A stretch of DNA of 64,000 nucleotides, from the sequence record LC483177.1. One strand, given 5' to 3'. The notes beneath the pieces were generated by a model. That model did no database searches. It was given only the letters and a program-made list of their open reading frames with translations, and was not told where the DNA came from. Origin of the DNA: Klebsiella phage 05F01. Of this stretch, positions 60,475-64,000 are shown one piece after another. The first letter of the stretch is position 1; each line of letters opens with the position of its first letter. A program made the position numbers and the translations under genes.

Positions 60475-62649
60475 ATGAAGCAAATAACAAACTGGAGTCA
60501 AGCAACAGTATTCGACTGTGAAACTAATGGCCTCCTTAAAGAGGCAGTCCTTTACCATGTATTAAGCTTCCAAATGAAAGGTAAAGAAAATCCCTCTAGT
60601 ATCCCTGGAGAAGTGAAAGATCGATTAATAAACTTCTTCAAGTGGCACCTAGATAACAAAGTCCCTGTAGTAGCTCACAATGCTATTCTTTATGATATCC
60701 CGGTTGCGGAAAAACTATTAGGACTAGACCTCTCTGAGTTAATGGTAATTGATACATTGCCCCTTAGCTGGTACCTCAATGTTAATCGGAAGCAACACGG
60801 TTTAGATAGTTTCCACGCGGATTATGGTATTGAAAAACCAAAAATTGAGGATTGGAGTAATCTTTCTTACGAAGAATATAAGCATCGTTGTCAAGAAGAC
60901 GTTAAAATTAACGTGGCACTCTGGGAAGATTTTAAAGAGCGTTTAGTTGATATGTATACTAAAGCTAAAGATGCAATAGATGCAGGTTTAGTTGGTGGTA
61001 AACGTATTAGTGATGATGAAGTTATTTATATAGACAGATTGAAAGGTATTCCTGTTGAACAGCATATTGACCGAATATTGACATTCTTGATGGGTAAGAT
61101 GGATACATACCGTTTACAGGAAAAGCGTGGATTTCTAATGGATGTAGAACACTTAGTCATGAAAGATAAAGAATTCGATGAAAAGATTAATAGTGTTAAA
61201 ACAGAGTTAGAGTCTGTCATGCCGATGGTACCTGAGTATACTAAGAGGAAAAAACCTAAAGAGTTATTTAAAAAGAATGGAGATTACTCTGTATCTGGTG
61301 CTAAGTGGATTGAACTCGTAAGAAAATATAAAGAGAAAGAACTTGATGAGCACGGTAATCAAATAGTCATAATTAGTGATAATGAGATTAAAGATTCTGA
61401 GGGAAGAGTTAGATCTGCTGATTTTATTGAAGAGTTTAAAGAGATTACTAAATACAAACCAGCAAATGCAAACTCAGTTGACCAGATCAAATCCTTGCTT
61501 TATTCTCATGGTTGGGTTCCAGAGTCCTTTAATGAGGTAGATGATGAACCTGCAATTGAGAAATGGATTGCTAATGGAAAACGATGGAAAGATAAGCCAC
61601 CAAAACGAAAAGTCCCTCAAGTAACTATTAAAGGTGAGGATGGGAAAGAACTATGTCCTTCTGTAGAACGTTTAGCAGAAGATGTACCTCAAATCAAACT
61701 GTATTCAAACTACAACTTAGTTAAACATCGGTCTGGTGTTATTAAGGGATTCCTTAAGAATATGGACCCGGATACTCACCACATTGAAGCATCTATCGGA
61801 GGACTTACAAATACATTACGTGTATGTCATCGTAACGTTGTAAACTTAGTGGGGGTAGATAAACCCTATGGTGAAGATATCCGTGGAGCATTCATTGCAG
61901 GTGAAGGTAATATTGCATTAGGTAGTGACCTCTCTTCATTGGAAGATAGGGTTAAACACCACTTCATGATCCCCCATGATCCTGAGTATGTAAAAACCAT
62001 GATGGCACCTGATTTTGATCCTCACATTCTTATGGCTTTAGTGGCTAAATTTATTACACAAGAAGAATTTGATAATTTTAAGAAAGATAAAGACCATGCA
62101 CCTAAGCATGTTAAATCTGCAAGGAAATCAGGAAAATCAACAAACTATGCCAGCCAATATAATGCAGGTGGACCAACAATTGCTAAGACTGCTGGAGTAA
62201 GTGAAGCTGAAGGTTATATACTTCATGAAGCTTATTGGGACCTTAACTGGAGTATTAAAAAGATTGCTGAGGAACAAGTTGTTATTGAGACTTGTCGGAA
62301 TATTAGAGACCCTTTAAAATGGCTCATTAACCCAATTAACGGTATGTTATATAATATCCGCAAAGAAGGGGACATATTCTCTACTTTGTGTCAAGGGACT
62401 GGTAGCTTTTTCTTTGATATGTGGATTGACAATGTTCTTAATGCAATGTATGATGCATTTAAAATGAAAACTATTTCTCTTCAAATGCATGATGAGGGTG
62501 TTTGGGTATTTAAGGACACTGAGAAATTTAGAAAAATGTTCTATGGTTTTGTTGACAATGCAATCAAAAAGGTTAATGTTGATTACCTGCTACGCCGGGA
62601 GTTGGCATGTGATATTCAATTCGGACACCGTTACAGTGAAATTCACTAA
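60475..62649 (+). CDS. family A DNA polymerase with a 3'-5' exonuclease domain
   Basis: Exo I (FDCETNGL), Exo II (HNAILYDIPV) and Exo III (Y...D) motifs. Polymerase motif A (DLSSLEDR), motif B (RKSGKSTNYASQYNAG) and motif C (MHDEGVWV). Confidence 0.8.
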   Translation: MKQITNWSQATVFDCETNGLLKEAVLYHVLSFQMKGKENPSSIPGEVKDRLINFFKWHLDNKVPVVAHNAILYDIPVAEKLLGLDLSELMVIDTLPLSWYLNVNRKQHGLDSFHADYGIEKPKIEDWSNLSYEEYKHRCQEDVKINVALWEDFKERLVDMYTKAKDAIDAGLVGGKRISDDEVIYIDRLKGIPVEQHIDRILTFLMGKMDTYRLQEKRGFLMDVEHLVMKDKEFDEKINSVKTELESVMPMVPEYTKRKKPKELFKKNGDYSVSGAKWIELVRKYKEKELDEHGNQIVIISDNEIKDSEGRVRSADFIEEFKEITKYKPANANSVDQIKSLLYSHGWVPESFNEVDDEPAIEKWIANGKRWKDKPPKRKVPQVTIKGEDGKELCPSVERLAEDVPQIKLYSNYNLVKHRSGVIKGFLKNMDPDTHHIEASIGGLTNTLRVCHRNVVNLVGVDKPYGEDIRGAFIAGEGNIALGSDLSSLEDRVKHHFMIPHDPEYVKTMMAPDFDPHILMALVAKFITQEEFDNFKKDKDHAPKHVKSARKSGKSTNYASQYNAGGPTIAKTAGVSEAEGYILHEAYWDLNWSIKKIAEEQVVIETCRNIRDPLKWLINPINGMLYNIRKEGDIFSTLCQGTGSFFFDMWIDNVLNAMYDAFKMKTISLQMHDEGVWVFKDTEKFRKMFYGFVDNAIKKVNVDYLLRRELACDIQFGHRYSEIH

Positions 62650-62658
62650 GGAGAAATT

Positions 62659-63246
62659 ATGAATTATAATTTTGTAACTGCACAGTATCAAAGATCTGTT
62701 GCTAAAGACCTTCTTTCTCAAATCTCTATTGTAGATCCTTCAGCTATCTTGGCTGGAGGTGCTGTAAGAGATTGGTATCTAGGTGCACCTGCTAAAGATT
62801 TAGACATCTATGTTAGATGCCCTAATCACCAGACATACGATGATAAAGTGGATATGCTTACTAAAGTTGGTTTAGAAAATATTAAACCGTTATCCAAAAA
62901 TGGCGCAGCAAACTATGCTTCTTTACCAGGGCTATTGTCTGTATTTGAGGGAGATTATTGTGGAATGAGAGTTAATATTATGTTTATGAACACTTATTCA
63001 TATGGTGAAAATATTATCAAAGAATTTGACTGTAGTATTTGTGAGTGTTTTATGAACAAAGATGGTGAGTATTTTTACAGTAATAACTTCCTCAAAACAA
63101 TCGAATCTAAAGTTATTTTTGTGAATGAACGTTATACAGGTAATGAGCAGCATGTTATTAAGATGGCTGAACGTTTTCCAGAGTATATTTTAGCTAAAAT
63201 AATTAAGAAGTCTAAAAAAGAACTTGACTCATTTGAGAAATTTTGA
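62659..63246 (+). CDS. mini class II nucleotidyltransferase (CCA / poly(A)-polymerase head-domain only)
   Basis: GGAVRDWYLGAPAKDLDIYV (GGxVRD...DxD), and FDCSICE matching the DFTIN motif. Only 195 aa. Confidence 0.5.
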   Translation: MNYNFVTAQYQRSVAKDLLSQISIVDPSAILAGGAVRDWYLGAPAKDLDIYVRCPNHQTYDDKVDMLTKVGLENIKPLSKNGAANYASLPGLLSVFEGDYCGMRVNIMFMNTYSYGENIIKEFDCSICECFMNKDGEYFYSNNFLKTIESKVIFVNERYTGNEQHVIKMAERFPEYILAKIIKKSKKELDSFEKF

Positions 63247-63250
63247 TAAT

Positions 63251-63664
63251 ATGACGATATCAAATCAAAACAAAGTTAAAGTCTTGGATGTGGAACTTGA
63301 GTATGTCCCAAACAAACCTACATCAAGACTTTCTTTATCTTACTTCAATCCTGATGTAGATTATGGATTTTTTATTCAATTCATCTCCTTTCAATTAGGG
63401 GAGTTCATACTCCAGACAAGGGTAGATGATAGTGAATACATATCTATTTCTATAAAGAAAAAAGAATTTATGCTTATTCAAGATTCTTTCTGTCACATTA
63501 TTGATAATGAAGATACTATGGCGGAACTTAAACTTGGAGAGCATAATATACAGATAGTGAATATAAAAAACACTATCGGTATGCAGGTAGGTAAAATGCG
63601 ATACAGGATTCCAAAAGAATCTGTAATTAAATTAAGAAAATTCTCGGTAGAGATCTTTGACTGA
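63251..63664 (+). CDS. hypothetical protein
   Basis: Internal Met MTISNQ chosen as the start. Confidence 0.4.
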   Translation: MTISNQNKVKVLDVELEYVPNKPTSRLSLSYFNPDVDYGFFIQFISFQLGEFILQTRVDDSEYISISIKKKEFMLIQDSFCHIIDNEDTMAELKLGEHNIQIVNIKNTIGMQVGKMRYRIPKESVIKLRKFSVEIFD

Positions 63665-63689
63665 AAAACTAGTGAATAAAGGAGAGTAA

Positions 63690-64000
63690 ATGTCTGTAAT
63701 TAAAACTGAAACTGATCGTAAAGGTAAAACTGTAACTTACGCAACAGGTATTATTGATTTTGTTAAGCTGGATAAGTTTGCAGAACCAAAAACATTCCAT
63801 TGGGATGGTAAAGCGATTGTTTCTACCCACCGAGCATCTATTGCCATTAAAGAGAAAGGTGCAAAGCCAGAAGACAAAGGTATTTGGATCGGACTTGGTG
63901 ATATTGAACTTAAAGAAGGTTATGAAAATCTTCAGGTTAAGGTTGATGATAAATATGTCACCTTAGTGAAAGGTGTCGAGGTTAGCATTGACATTGATAA
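63690..64000 (+). CDS. hypothetical protein, partial (runs off the window end)
   Basis: ATG with an AAGGAG RBS. The ORF stays open to position 64000. MSVIKTETDRKGKTVTYATGIID... Confidence 0.35.
   Translation, partial: MSVIKTETDRKGKTVTYATGIIDFVKLDKFAEPKTFHWDGKAIVSTHRASIAIKEKGAKPEDKGIWIGLGDIELKEGYENLQVKVDDKYVTLVKGVEVSIDID

Overview
This window is an AT-rich segment (roughly 35-40% GC by eye) of what looks like a lytic phage genome. It carries many near-consensus sigma70-type promoters (TTGACA/TTGACT, a 16-18 nt spacer, then TATAAT/TAGAAT), often preceded by the A-rich motif AAAGTAGTTGAC, and intrinsic terminators, which suggests an enterobacterial-type host. I found no integrase, repressor, transposase, CRISPR array or convincing tRNA.

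Layout:
- 1-870: repeat-rich non-coding DNA.
- 1.6-5.3 kb: leftward small genes, including three GC-richer moron-like cassettes, each with its own promoter and a GC hairpin.
- 5.4-13.3 kb: a rightward 'early' block of about 25 small ORFs, most with their own promoter; several promoters are duplicated cassettes in which the -10 element sits inside a palindrome.
- 12.6-14.1 kb: a non-coding regulatory hub with A5T5 palindromes, a strong orphan promoter, operator-like (near Fur-box) palindromes and 45-bp repeats.
- 14.1-22.0 kb: a leftward block with a NADAR protein, an Rnl-like ATP-dependent ligase, lipoproteins and a DUF2829/Tad2-like protein. It is flanked by copies of a composite repeat.
- 22.1-64 kb: a rightward block. 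It holds small ORFs, a CCA/poly(A)-type nucleotidyltransferase, a UvrD-like helicase, a macro-domain protein, a GatB/YqeY protein, and a HAD + PRTase pair. It also holds a Zn-ribbon-PARP-RlmN/Cfr-like radical-SAM operon and nrdD-nrdG. Further on lie a LysM protein, a Ter-like cluster (TerC-family, SprT, GHKL ATPase, TelA-like, vWA, TerD), a SleB-type cell-wall hydrolase and glycosyltransferases. The block ends with a T7 gp4-like primase-helicase, an N6-adenine methyltransferase, a family A DNA polymerase and a mini nucleotidyltransferase.

The dominant theme is an NAD+/ADP-ribose toolkit (PARP-like writer, macro, NADAR, Tad2-like) together with RNA repair and modification genes. All functional calls rest on motif recognition by eye. 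No database search was run.
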